Shown piece after piece: positions 1 through 9,600 of a DNA stretch of 50,853 nt; position 1 is the stretch's first letter, and each line of letters opens with the position of its first letter. Under the pieces are notes generated by a model. The model was given only the letters and a program-made list of their open reading frames with translations, was not told where the DNA came from and did no database searches. Origin of the DNA: Candidatus Heimdallarchaeota archaeon (GTDB lineage: Archaea > Asgardarchaeota > Heimdallarchaeia > JABLTI01); NCBI GenBank assembly GCA_019058275.1, contig JAHLVW010000085.1, positions 1 through 50,853 of the forward strand, in the 5' to 3' direction. Both the position numbers and the translations under genes were made by a program.

Positions 1-2
1 AT

Positions 3-266
3 TGGGTTGATATTTTAATTCCAAATTTGAAATCCATTGATAAAGCTGACTTCAATAATTTATTAAAGACCTTTGAGGAAATTAAGAATACTAATTTTCC
101 CTGTTTTTATGATCAATTTTCTTTGAATTTCAATGCACGTAAGAAACTTGATGAAGCAGTGTTACGTATTTTTAGACTAAATGAGAAAGAAATTAATGAC
201 TTAATTAAAGAAATATATCCAATAATTGCGAATGAGCTCCAAGCAATGCGAGATATGAAACAATAA
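3..266 (+). CDS. 3' end of a gene running in from the window edge; possibly the C-terminus of a type IIG/Eco57I-like restriction-modification methyltransferase
   Basis: The frame is open from base 3 (WVDILIPNLKSID...). The tail 'ARKKLDEAVLRIFRLNEKEI' resembles the R..LD..V......L...E ending of these enzymes, and the gene sits in a defence neighbourhood. Confidence 0.4.
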   Translation, partial: WVDILIPNLKSIDKADFNNLLKTFEEIKNTNFPCFYDQFSLNFNARKKLDEAVLRIFRLNEKEINDLIKEIYPIIANELQAMRDMKQ

Positions 267-660
267 TTCAGTTTATATAACATTAATTTCTACATTGTTT
301 ATACGTAAACTCAATAAGGCTTTTCTTGAATTAATGTAAAACTAACAAATTCCAGTAAATCTTTCTTTTGTTCACCTACACTAATCTGTTCCTCACGACA
401 AAATAAAAAGACCACAAAAGATGAACTAGACTTACAAATCTATCAATTCATTTTATAGTATTTGTTGTTTCAAAAAGATGTCTAGACACTTAGAAAAAAC
501 CATTTTGGAAGATATTTTTCATAAGGTGTTTTTTCTTTCTGAATTACAACTATAATTTAAATATTTAGAGTTTTAGGATGTTCATTTTCCATTTGATTAA
601 ATCAATAATTTGATTATTAGCTTTTAGTTGTTGTTGGAATTTCCTGAGAGCCTCTCTACA

Positions 661-717
661 AAGATAGATTTAAAAATCTATAATTGATTAGAAACAAGAG
701 TATAAGGGATTCAAGTA
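661..717 (+). repeat. Repeat family B copy (AATCTATAATTGA...TAAGGGWTTCRAGTA)
   Basis: 675-687 is identical to 11734-11746; 703-717 matches 11757-11771 with 2 mismatches. Confidence 0.55.
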
Positions 718-760
718 AAAAAACCATTGAATTTACTGATTCAATTACAAAATATAGTTT

Positions 761-3274
761 GTGTTGGAAAGAATGATAGAAAAGGAAAGAATGAGAATAA
801 AGCTAGTTGAAATTGAAGAACTACTTAGTCAGAATCATTATAATCAATCAATCAATCGATCATTGGATTTATTAGCAAATATATTTCTTGATTTATACAA
901 AGAATTTCTTCTAAATACATCGCCAAATAAGAAAGAGAAGCTTTTGGAAGTTGAAAAGAAAATAAATCCAAGCAAGAGTTTAGTACAATTTACATCTGGA
1001 CAGATTATACAATTAATTAAAGAAGCAAAAGTTTTAGATCATTATAAAGATAAAGATGAGCATGGTATTTTAAGAGGTAACCTATTTTTAATTAGCAATT
1101 TACGTAATAAATGCGAACATCATGGTTACAAAGCTACTGAAAGTGAAGCCTCTTTAATGAAATCTTACGTTCAAGTAATTTTAGAGGTTTTTGATATCAA
1201 TGTAGATGAATTGTTACAGGAAATTGAGGATGAGCAATCCAAAGCGAAGACAATACTGAAATTAAAAACTAATAATCTACCTAGACCCGAATACATTGAA
1301 TTTATTGGTAGAAAAGAGAAGATTGATGTAGTTCTGGAACATCTTGGACCAAAGGGAAGATCCTATATAATTTCCATTGATGGAATTGGTGGAGTTGGAA
1401 AGTCAGCATTAGCATTAGAGGTTGCTTATCTCTGTTTAAATAAAAAACTATTCGATTCTATAATTTGGGTTAGTGCGAAAACTGAACGTTTGGGAGTAGT
1501 TGGTGTTCAGACTTTAACACCTAATATAAAATCATTGGATGATCTACTAAATATAATTCTAGAGGAATTTGGAAATAAAGCTGCAATTGAAAATTTTAAA
1601 ATGGAGAAGAAAAAAAAGTTAGTTTATGAGTATTTAAGCAATATAACAGCATTATTGATTATCGATAATTTTGAAACAATAACTGATAAAAATATAGATG
1701 ATTTCTTAAAAGATATACCAACCCCTTCAAAGATTTTAATGACTAGTCGGAAAAGAATGGGAGAAGTTGAACGTGTAATAACATTAGAAGAGTTTAGTCT
1801 AGTTGAAACAGAACAATTTCTAGAATCTGAGTTTACTGCAAAAAAGATTTCTTTTCCCGAATTTAGAAAGTATTCAGATGATATTCATAAGATAACAGGT
1901 GGTATTCCACTAGCATTAAAAATGACTATAGCATGGATTATTAATGAAGGACTATCCATTGAAAAAGTCAAAGCAAAATTACAAAGTCAAGATAGTGATA
2001 TTTTGTCATTCTGTTTTGATGAAAATTTCGAGAAACACATGGATTTTAACACACGAAGAGTTTTTTGTGTCTTTCCAATTTTTAATTCTGAACCAACTTT
2101 GGAATTGCTTAAAGCTGCAACTAGATTAAATGAGGATCAACTAAATAAATCAATAGCAACATTACTGAATCTGTCTATAATTTTTGAAATAGAAACTGAA
2201 GATGAAAATCAAATAGATAATCAATATGGTATGCTGCCATTGACTATGATGTATGCTCATCAAAAATTGACTGAGCAAAGAGGACTAGATCAAGAAGCTA
2301 GAAAAGCATTAAGTGTATATTTAGAGCTTAATCAACAAACCCAAGAGGCTACAGAGCAACTTGATTTAGCACTACATGAAGTTGGTGGGCAAACACCAAA
2401 GGGAAGAATGGCAGCACAACTAGCAAATTTAGGTTTAGCCAATTTTCAAAGGGGTAATTATGAGGAAGCTGTGAATTTGTGTGAAAGAGCACTAAGAACA
2501 GCACCGAGATTATCATATTCATATCAAATTTATGCTTCAATTGAACGATTACAAGGAAATTATACAAAATCAGATGAGCTTTTCAAAAAAGCTGCTGAAT
2601 TAAATCCAAGAAATCATGTAATATGGAGCTCTTGGGGTATGTTAAAAGCTGATTGCGGTGAACTCGTAGAAGCTCGTAAAATGCTAAAGAAAGCACAAAA
2701 ATTGAATCCTGACAATCCAAGTATAAAGCAACAATTAGCTGTAGTTCAGAGTAAACTAGGACATTTCAATGAATCAGTAGAACTTGCAATGAAAAACATC
2801 ATTATTCCTCCTAGTACCAAGAAGGAAAGAATGATTAATTCAATAACAATGACAAGTTTAGCTGAAACTTATTGGAAATGGGGAATGAGAATCCAGAAAA
2901 ATAATGTCAATAAGGCTTTAGGTACATATTTTGAAGGATTGAATTATATAATTGAAAATTTCCAAAATTGTTATCAAAACAATTATAAATTAATATATGG
3001 GATGAAAAAATTACGAAGAGCTATAGGAATAATATATCGAAAATTAGGGAAATATGAAAAAGCAGAAGAGTTCTTTAATGATGTATTATATCGACGGAGT
3101 AAGCTATTTAGAAATGAAATAAAATTTAACTCAAACATAGAATTTGATAGAGTTCTTAATTTTAAATATTGGAAGAAACTGAAAAAAATGAATGAATTAG
3201 CTATAAAATCCTTTGAAAAATATGATGATACAAGATTTCTTAGATTTGCTGGTGGCTATAAATTCTCATTATGA
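761..3274 (+). CDS. STAND (NB-ARC) NTPase with N-terminal HEPN-like domain and C-terminal TPR repeats (NLR/Avs-like defence protein)
   Basis: FIGR pre-P-loop, Walker A GIGGVGKS, Walker B LLIIDNFE, MTSR and GIPLAL motifs, TPR repeats in the C-terminal third, and RNKCEH (RxxxxH) at 1103-1120. The true start may be ATG 773 or 791. Confidence 0.85.
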   Translation: MLERMIEKERMRIKLVEIEELLSQNHYNQSINRSLDLLANIFLDLYKEFLLNTSPNKKEKLLEVEKKINPSKSLVQFTSGQIIQLIKEAKVLDHYKDKDEHGILRGNLFLISNLRNKCEHHGYKATESEASLMKSYVQVILEVFDINVDELLQEIEDEQSKAKTILKLKTNNLPRPEYIEFIGRKEKIDVVLEHLGPKGRSYIISIDGIGGVGKSALALEVAYLCLNKKLFDSIIWVSAKTERLGVVGVQTLTPNIKSLDDLLNIILEEFGNKAAIENFKMEKKKKLVYEYLSNITALLIIDNFETITDKNIDDFLKDIPTPSKILMTSRKRMGEVERVITLEEFSLVETEQFLESEFTAKKISFPEFRKYSDDIHKITGGIPLALKMTIAWIINEGLSIEKVKAKLQSQDSDILSFCFDENFEKHMDFNTRRVFCVFPIFNSEPTLELLKAATRLNEDQLNKSIATLLNLSIIFEIETEDENQIDNQYGMLPLTMMYAHQKLTEQRGLDQEARKALSVYLELNQQTQEATEQLDLALHEVGGQTPKGRMAAQLANLGLANFQRGNYEEAVNLCERALRTAPRLSYSYQIYASIERLQGNYTKSDELFKKAAELNPRNHVIWSSWGMLKADCGELVEARKMLKKAQKLNPDNPSIKQQLAVVQSKLGHFNESVELAMKNIIIPPSTKKERMINSITMTSLAETYWKWGMRIQKNNVNKALGTYFEGLNYIIENFQNCYQNNYKLIYGMKKLRRAIGIIYRKLGKYEKAEEFFNDVLYRRSKLFRNEIKFNSNIEFDRVLNFKYWKKLKKMNELAIKSFEKYDDTRFLRFAGGYKFSL

Positions 3275-3355
3275 TATTAACTCACAAAAAAATACTAATT
3301 TAAAAATACAAAATAATTTTAAAAAAACATACTCGATATTTTCATATTTGATGTT

Positions 3356-3394
3356 TTCACAAACTGAACTTCTAGCTCTTAAAGAAGAAGTGTG
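3356..3394 (+). repeat. Repeat A copy 1 (3' part)
   Basis: ttcacaaactgaacttctagctcttaaagaagaagtgtg matches the 3' half of the consensus. Confidence 0.85.
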
Positions 3395-3447
3395 AGTCCT
3401 GAACATCATTATTTTCTGATGAGTTTATATACTTCTAAATACTATTT

Positions 3448-4134
3448 TTGTCGATGAATAATCATGATTTAACTTTAGAAACAACAACTCTTTGGGATTT
3501 TCCAACTCAAAATTACGGTTCAATCCCTCATGGTGATAATAAATATCCTGGAGTTACTCCTGCTTTTATTATTTGGAATTTATTACAAAGGTATACTGTT
3601 GAAAATGATCTAGTAGTAGATCCCATGTGTGGAAGTGGAACAACAATCGATGTTTGTAAAGAAGAGAATAGAAGAGTTCTAGGTTTTGATATTGTTCCAT
3701 ACAGAGAAGACATAATTCCTGCTGATGCTCGAAAGCTCCCCCTTGTAAATTCAATTGTTGACTTTATTTTCATTGATTCTCCATATTCAAATAATATACA
3801 TTATAATGATCATCCAGACAATATTGGACACATATCTTGTGAAAGTCCAAGATTCTACAAAGAATTAGAAAAAGTAGCTCAAGAATTACATCGAATTTTG
3901 AAAAAGGGGAAATATCTTGCATGGATTATTGCTGACCAAGCAAAAAAAGAAAAATTTACACCTGTAGGATATAAATTATACTCAATACTTGAAAAATATT
4001 TTACACCAGTAGATATAATCTGCGTGACGCGACATAATCAAAAATCTAATACTCCCATATGGCATCATAGAGCAAAAAAATACAATTTTTATCTGCGTGG
4101 ATTTAAATATCTTTTTATTATGAAGAAGCCATAA
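3448..4134 (+). CDS. DNA amino-methyltransferase (N4-C/N6-A type)
   Basis: Motif I DPMCGSGTT followed by a motif IV-like FIDSPY; adjacent to a restriction endonuclease. Confidence 0.85.
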   Translation: MSMNNHDLTLETTTLWDFPTQNYGSIPHGDNKYPGVTPAFIIWNLLQRYTVENDLVVDPMCGSGTTIDVCKEENRRVLGFDIVPYREDIIPADARKLPLVNSIVDFIFIDSPYSNNIHYNDHPDNIGHISCESPRFYKELEKVAQELHRILKKGKYLAWIIADQAKKEKFTPVGYKLYSILEKYFTPVDIICVTRHNQKSNTPIWHHRAKKYNFYLRGFKYLFIMKKP

Positions 4135-4138
4135 TTTC

Positions 4139-4882
4139 TTAATCAATGAACTTCTCTATATCTCCCTTTGGTTTTTCCTTCATTTTCGATTTTATCTTAA
4201 TATCATTAAGTATTAATTTCTGTAAATCATCAATGAAATGCTCGAAAAGCTTCACTCTATCACTTTCCTCTAATACTATATTTGTCAATACATAACTCCC
4301 ATCAAGATCTTCTTCTACAATAGCTCTCCCTTTGCTTGTTGGTTTTTTCCTTGTTAAAGTGCCATCTTCATCTGGTGTTATGAAATATACTTTGATATGA
4401 CTTGTTACTTCACTTTGCAGGAGTTTTAGTTTCCAATAACCCGTTTGAGCAATTCTTTCTCTTAATGTAACTTTACTTGATACAACACAAATTATATTGT
4501 AGCTGTTAGGATCATATATTATAATATCAACATCAGGAAGATGAGAACCAAATTCACCATAATGAATTAGTAGATTCCTTTTTACTTTGTCTAACTCAAA
4601 AGGAAGATTTTTGGTTCTTTCAATTTTATCACTATCAATAGCTCTTAATCCTAATTCTTCTACTTCAGAAAATATAATATGTAGAATTAATTTTTGCATA
4701 TTTTTACCTTTAAATGCTCTCCAACTTTGCTCATGATCCCCACTTTTTGTTGGATTTTTTTCCCAATCTCTTTTGTGCACTTCTTTTGCATCAATCAATA
4801 AATTTGACATATGTTTGTATGCATCTTTACCATATTTTTCTTTATATTCTTCATACATTACTTGCAGATCCTTAAATTTCAC
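4139..4882 (-). CDS. Type II restriction endonuclease, BsaWI-like (CCGG-family PD-(D/E)XK)
   Basis: QSWRAFKGK and PDVD...SSKVTLRERIAQ carry the R-(D/E)R signature of CCGG-recognising enzymes; flanked by two methyltransferases. Confidence 0.8.
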   Translation of the reverse strand: MKFKDLQVMYEEYKEKYGKDAYKHMSNLLIDAKEVHKRDWEKNPTKSGDHEQSWRAFKGKNMQKLILHIIFSEVEELGLRAIDSDKIERTKNLPFELDKVKRNLLIHYGEFGSHLPDVDIIIYDPNSYNIICVVSSKVTLRERIAQTGYWKLKLLQSEVTSHIKVYFITPDEDGTLTRKKPTSKGRAIVEEDLDGSYVLTNIVLEESDRVKLFEHFIDDLQKLILNDIKIKSKMKEKPKGDIEKFID

Positions 4883-4889
4883 TTTTCAT

Positions 4890-6206
4890 CTACTCCTTTT
4901 TTCCAACGACAATATACTCTACAGGATAGGCAATTGTATCAGCATTTTCATTACTAGCAAACCTTCCTGTTTTTTCATCTCTTAATTGTGGCAGCAATTT
5001 AGAATGAATTTCCCTTTTGATTAATCTATCAAATACGAATCCTGTGTTTTGTAAACTCTCAGCAAATACTTCAGCATTAAGAATATCTACTTTCTTTAAT
5101 CTAGTATTTCCAATAACATAACAACATCTTCCGCCTGGTTTTAATATACGATAATTTTCTTCAAAAACCTCTTGCATATCTTTATAGAAAGCTTCAACAT
5201 TACGTGAAAGTTTCTTATCATTTAGTTCTAATTCCTTCACGATCTCCTTAGCTATTTCACTACCCAGCTTGGCATCTTCATACTTTTTGGCTGCTGTTCC
5301 AATGAATTCTTTTCTGTAATCACTTAAACTTTCTGCCAAATCCAACCATATTGTTGATAATTGATGTAAATCTGCATATTCATAACTGGTTACATAAGGA
5401 CTGGAAGTTATTGTTATATCAACAGAATTGTTTTTAGCTGGTTGTTTTCGTGCATCAGATAATTTGATATTGAGCAGCTTTGAGTGATTTGTCTTTACTT
5501 TATCTGAGATTATATTATAAAATGCATTATTTCCTTTTACCATTTTTTTCAAATGTCTTTTCAAAACATCATATGGATTTGGGATCTTCTTCTTCAAATC
5601 TCGAGTAGGTTTGGTACTATCCATAAGCCAGATAGAACAATTCTTTAAGCAATGACTGAAAGCTACTTTGAAGAAATCCCGAATTACTTCATCTTTCTCA
5701 TTTAAGATAACGTTAAGAATTTTACCCAATTGGAATTTCGTTTTTTCCTCAAACCAATAATCTATTCTTTCAAGATGTTTTTCTGGGATATATGGTTCTA
5801 TGTCATCTAGTTGTTCTAGTAAAGTATTTTGGGAATTAATTCTGGCAAGGAAATCCATAACTTTCTTTTTTAGATAACTTGGTTCAATTGGAGTAGCTTT
5901 TACTCGAGTAATAAGATAAGCTATCCTATTTATATCTGTACCATTTGCTTCATAACCACGAGAAATTGCAGAAACTATTGTTGTCCCACAGCCAAAAAAA
6001 GGATCATTAACAGAAGCTTTTGTTACATTAGGATCAATATACTCATCAAGTAATTTTTCTACAATTTGGGGTATAAATTTTGCAGGATATCGATGATAAC
6101 TATGTGTCCATTTTCCTCTTTCAGATGGTTTTGATTCTTTAAAAGACCATTCGTCGTCTATTGCTTTCTTTTGAAAAATATCATTAATTTCTATTGCATT
6201 ATACAT
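4890..6206 (-). CDS. DNA N4-cytosine methyltransferase (alpha class)
   Basis: THSYHRYPAKF, DPFFGCGTT and a distal TSSPY (canonical TSPPY); 7 bp upstream of the endonuclease on the same strand. Confidence 0.85.
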   Translation of the reverse strand: MYNAIEINDIFQKKAIDDEWSFKESKPSERGKWTHSYHRYPAKFIPQIVEKLLDEYIDPNVTKASVNDPFFGCGTTIVSAISRGYEANGTDINRIAYLITRVKATPIEPSYLKKKVMDFLARINSQNTLLEQLDDIEPYIPEKHLERIDYWFEEKTKFQLGKILNVILNEKDEVIRDFFKVAFSHCLKNCSIWLMDSTKPTRDLKKKIPNPYDVLKRHLKKMVKGNNAFYNIISDKVKTNHSKLLNIKLSDARKQPAKNNSVDITITSSPYVTSYEYADLHQLSTIWLDLAESLSDYRKEFIGTAAKKYEDAKLGSEIAKEIVKELELNDKKLSRNVEAFYKDMQEVFEENYRILKPGGRCCYVIGNTRLKKVDILNAEVFAESLQNTGFVFDRLIKREIHSKLLPQLRDEKTGRFASNENADTIAYPVEYIVVGKKE

Positions 6207-6368
6207 TCAATTTACTCCATATTAATTACTACTTGATGATATCCTTTCTAACCATTACTACTAATTAGGATTTTCCTTTTATATGTCTAATATTTAACTA
6301 TGTTAATATTCCAAAATGTAATCTGTTATTTTGTATATTTAAACTAAACATTTAATTGTTGACAAAAT

Positions 6369-6392
6369 CTTAGACCTTAAAGAAGAGGTGTG
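6369..6392 (+). repeat. Repeat A copy 2 (3' core only)
   Basis: cttagaccttaaagaagaggtgtg; the right flank gcagtgattctacttttt is shared with copy 4. Confidence 0.8.
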
Positions 6393-6467
6393 TGCAGTGA
6401 TTCTACTTTTTTATTGAGATTATATCAATTTTTAATAACTAGTTAGAGAATATTACAGTTAAAATTA

Positions 6468-6722
6468 TTGGAAGAAAAAACAATGAACTCTGAATTTGGG
6501 ACTGAATTAAGAATAAAACTTCTTAAAGAGGAATTTTTGCGTTTAATTAAATTATCTCAAAGAGAAATTATTTATAGAGTGAAAAAAACACACCTTTTTG
6601 CTTACGACGGTTTTGTATTTTATTGTGAAGAATGTGAGGATAGTGATTTCGATACAGTAATCGTTGGTTCAGAATTATCAAATATTAGCTTTTTCTATGA
6701 AAAAGATAGAAAGAGAAAATAA
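6468..6722 (+). CDS. Small hypothetical protein, sole cargo between repeat copies 2 and 3
   Basis: ORF fills the module; probable start ATG 6483; contains CEEC. Confidence 0.5.
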   Translation: MEEKTMNSEFGTELRIKLLKEEFLRLIKLSQREIIYRVKKTHLFAYDGFVFYCEECEDSDFDTVIVGSELSNISFFYEKDRKRK

Positions 6723-6753
6723 TAACTCTTCTTTCATATCTTCTTCAAGCGAA

Positions 6754-6830
6754 ATGTTTAGCCAGTAGGTTCTTGCCACCTATGTGTGTCCTTCCCGAAC
6801 TGGACTTCTCGACCTTAAAGAAGAAGTGTG
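6754..6830 (+). repeat. Repeat A copy 3 (full length, 77 bp)
   Basis: atgtttagccagtaggttcttgccacctatgtgtgtccttcccgaactggacttctcgaccttaaagaagaagtgtg. Confidence 0.95.
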
Positions 6831-6879
6831 TTTAGTATGCTCTCTTATTTTGTGCTTAAATTAAAGAAAATTGTTGATA

Positions 6880-7506
6880 CTAAAAGAAAGAATCTTTATT
6901 CTCCTCAGTTATAGGAATGATTCCTTCAGGATGAAGCTTCTGATTGCATTTAGAACACATCCCTAAAGCTTTTAGCCATTCATAGAAATGAACGAGATGA
7001 GCTGCTGTGCCACATAAGCTGCATTTCCCAACGATGTCACCATATAAAATGGGGCGGTTACAGACAAAACACTCAATAATCTCTCTGCCACAAGAGGAAC
7101 AAGAATTACCCCTTCTATCTAATAATTGCTCGCAAAAATAGCACCGATAATACTTCGAAGTGTCCAGTTGCATTCTAGGAAGATAGAGATCATCGGTAAA
7201 GTATTCAATGAATTGAAGATGTTCGGTGGAAATGCTCTCGGAGGGATAGGTAATTCGTTCAATGGAAAAGCCATGTTTTGCACCTAACTCCTTAGCCAAT
7301 TTGCTGGAGGCGGATTGTTTCAGTTCAGAAGCATTAATACAGGTAAAATCATAGATTTTTTGATCAAGTTTCGAAACAATGATTAAGGCAGAATTATCGA
7401 AAAGTATTTTCGGACGGGGAGTGATACGTTTGTGTAAGCCATTGTCTTCAACGAGGAAATATTCTGCTAAATTGATGCGAAATAAGTTGTTATATGTTCT
7501 ACTCAT
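6880..7506 (-). CDS. Zinc-ribbon plus RING-H2-like finger protein (Asgard-type putative E3 ligase)
   Basis: CYFC...CSSC ribbon, then CFVC-x12-CSLC-x4-HLVH-x2-EW-x6-CSKC with the RING Trp conserved. Confidence 0.75.
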   Translation of the reverse strand: MSRTYNNLFRINLAEYFLVEDNGLHKRITPRPKILFDNSALIIVSKLDQKIYDFTCINASELKQSASSKLAKELGAKHGFSIERITYPSESISTEHLQFIEYFTDDLYLPRMQLDTSKYYRCYFCEQLLDRRGNSCSSCGREIIECFVCNRPILYGDIVGKCSLCGTAAHLVHFYEWLKALGMCSKCNQKLHPEGIIPITEENKDSFF

Positions 7507-7719
7507 TGATAACCCTTCAATAGTGATATTTAAGGTTTCTATAATAAAAAAGTATAACGCTAATAAAAATCAAACTGATTCTTTAAAAAGATATAAAATT
7601 CATTATATTGCAACAATATTCTTTATTAGCTCAATTATCATCACATTAATTGTAATAAGAAAAAGAAAAGTAGATTATGGAATATTGAATAAACTTAAAA
7701 TAATGGCGGTCTACCGTTG

Positions 7720-7768
7720 AAGCGTGTCTCTTCTGAAATGGACTTCTAGACCTTAAAGAGGAAGTGTG
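7720..7768 (+). repeat. Repeat A copy 4
   Basis: aagcgtgtctcttctgaaatggacttctagaccttaaagaggaagtgtg. Confidence 0.92.
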
Positions 7769-7823
7769 AGCAGTGATTCTACTTTTTTTTTGTTTTTTAT
7801 TTGCTTAGTTGCACTTAGATTCA

Positions 7824-7844
7824 CTTGAAGAAGAAATGTGAGCA
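7824..7844 (+). repeat. Repeat A copy 4b (degenerate 3' core)
   Basis: cttgaagaagaaatgtgagca versus cttaaagaggaagtgtgagca of copy 4. Confidence 0.6.
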
Positions 7845-8351
7845 ATTGGTTTTTATTGAAAGATAGATATATTTACTGTAAGAAATCTGTGATATGTTAC
7901 ATCTCTATTTAAGTAAATTGGGGGAAATATGAGGATGATTTCAATTTTCATTGTAGTTCTCAAAGTGTTAAATGTCATGCCCTATCCTTATCGTTTCTAT
8001 GCTTTTTCTGGCTTAGGAATGATTGCTTGGTATCTTTTATTTTCTGTTCATGTTGCTTTTTCTCTTTTCTTCCTTTTACGAAACTTTTCTAAGAAATATT
8101 CTTCTTATAATCGCTTAACTACTCTCTCTCTCTCTCACCTTTACAATCACTTCCTTTCTTGCTTTTCTAGCTTCTTTTATTTTCTTCCTTTTATTTTTGT
8201 CTCTCTTTATTGAGTGGCAATACTTCAATAATTATATCCCCGAATTTTTTAAATATCTTTTACCACTCTGTTTCTTCCTCATTTTTTCTCTCAGTTTTTT
8301 CTTTTGGTTAAGATATCGTAAAAAAAACAAAGTTATTAGTAATAATGAAAA

Positions 8352-8375
8352 ACTTATTTCTAAAGAAGATGTGTG
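8352..8375 (+). repeat. Repeat A copy 5 (degenerate 3' core)
   Basis: acttatttctaaagaagatgtgtg, intergenic and in the same orientation. Confidence 0.6.
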
Positions 8376-8524
8376 AGATCGTTGCATCTTTTTGATCAAT
8401 CAATGGGAGAATAGGTTTTGTTATTAAAAATCAAAGAAGATAATCTACCATTATTTCTCATTATGGATACTGAAAATCAATGCTATATTATTAATAATCA
8501 AATTATAGGTTATAAGATGGGTGG

Positions 8525-9181
8525 TTGGCTGGTCATTATTCTTTCAATGCTTTTTACCAATTACATCGATTATTTGATTCACCAATAACTCGAAAAGAAA
8601 TACCTAAACAACTGCTTAAGTTTTTTACTTCATCAACTGAACTACCATCTAATTTCAAGAATTCTTTTTTGATAGGAGATGTCGATGATTATTACCATCA
8701 TGTTATTAATTTACAAATAAAGATAGCAAAAGAATTTTATGCTCCAGTAATTTTGTATAATATCTACTACCAAAATCATGATCTGCGACAAGACATCGAG
8801 CTGATAAATCTTACTTCAAGAGAAGCTTTTCTTATTTTTGCCAACATTTTAGCTAATGATCGTTCCTATTACTATTTCTCTGATACTCCGTTTGAGGATA
8901 CTGATGTAAATTCCGTTTTTCATAAATACCATTTTCTTTCTTATGGCGACGATTATTCTAGGTTGGTTCATTTTGGTCACAATTACTTACTTTACTTGAA
9001 AAATGCATTACTCTCTAGTTCCTTATCCCCCTATGAAATTGCTTTCCATAGAGGTATAAGATTGCTTTGTTTTCTTAGTCACCTCAAACCTGTTCAAGAT
9101 TTTGCTTACCTAATTTTAGAAGAGATTAATAATCATAATGTTTTAACTTTAAATCAAAAAATTATCTACCATTGTTTTTAG
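8525..9181 (+). CDS. Hypothetical protein
   Basis: 218 aa ORF filling the module between copies 5 and 6; no recognised motif. The frame stays open for 28 codons after the TAG, so the stop may be premature. Confidence 0.5.
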   Translation: MAGHYSFNAFYQLHRLFDSPITRKEIPKQLLKFFTSSTELPSNFKNSFLIGDVDDYYHHVINLQIKIAKEFYAPVILYNIYYQNHDLRQDIELINLTSREAFLIFANILANDRSYYYFSDTPFEDTDVNSVFHKYHFLSYGDDYSRLVHFGHNYLLYLKNALLSSSLSPYEIAFHRGIRLLCFLSHLKPVQDFAYLILEEINNHNVLTLNQKIIYHCF

Positions 9182-9313
9182 AATGCTTTAAGCTTTTATT
9201 CAACTTTAGGTTCAAAATTAAATTTAACAGAATATCAATTCCTTGAAAAGTTAAAACAACTTAAATAAGCGATTTTAGGTTTTAATTACTCTATTATAAT
9301 ACTATTACACTAA

Positions 9314-9338
9314 TTCTAGCCCTGAAAAAAGAAGTGTG
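9314..9338 (+). repeat. Repeat A copy 6 (3' core)
   Basis: ttctagccctgaaaaaagaagtgtg. Confidence 0.8.
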
Positions 9339-9600
9339 GTTAATAATAGACTAAAAGGAATTATGCAATTAAAAATTCATGCCAGAAAATACATTAAATT
9401 AATTATTATTTAAAACTTACAATTCTATCTTATTTTGTAAAGGTCAATTTACCAAATTAGTCTGTTAATAGAAAGTTAGGTTTATCTAACTTTTTATATC
9501 TATTATCAAAATTTCACTAGCATTTTTAAAAGGAAAAACTCATTCTACAACGATTTCAAAAAAATAAAAATTTGTTTTATTTTGATGAGGTATAAAAATA

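Noticed and set aside
481-500. tctagacacttagaaaaaac as another repeat A copy
   Set aside because: Too degenerate and lacks the GAAGTG arm; could be chance in AT-rich DNA.
6754-6830. Repeat A as a tRNA or tRNA fragment (77 bp)
   Set aside because: No cloverleaf, no correctly placed GTTCRA T-loop and no acceptor stem on either strand.
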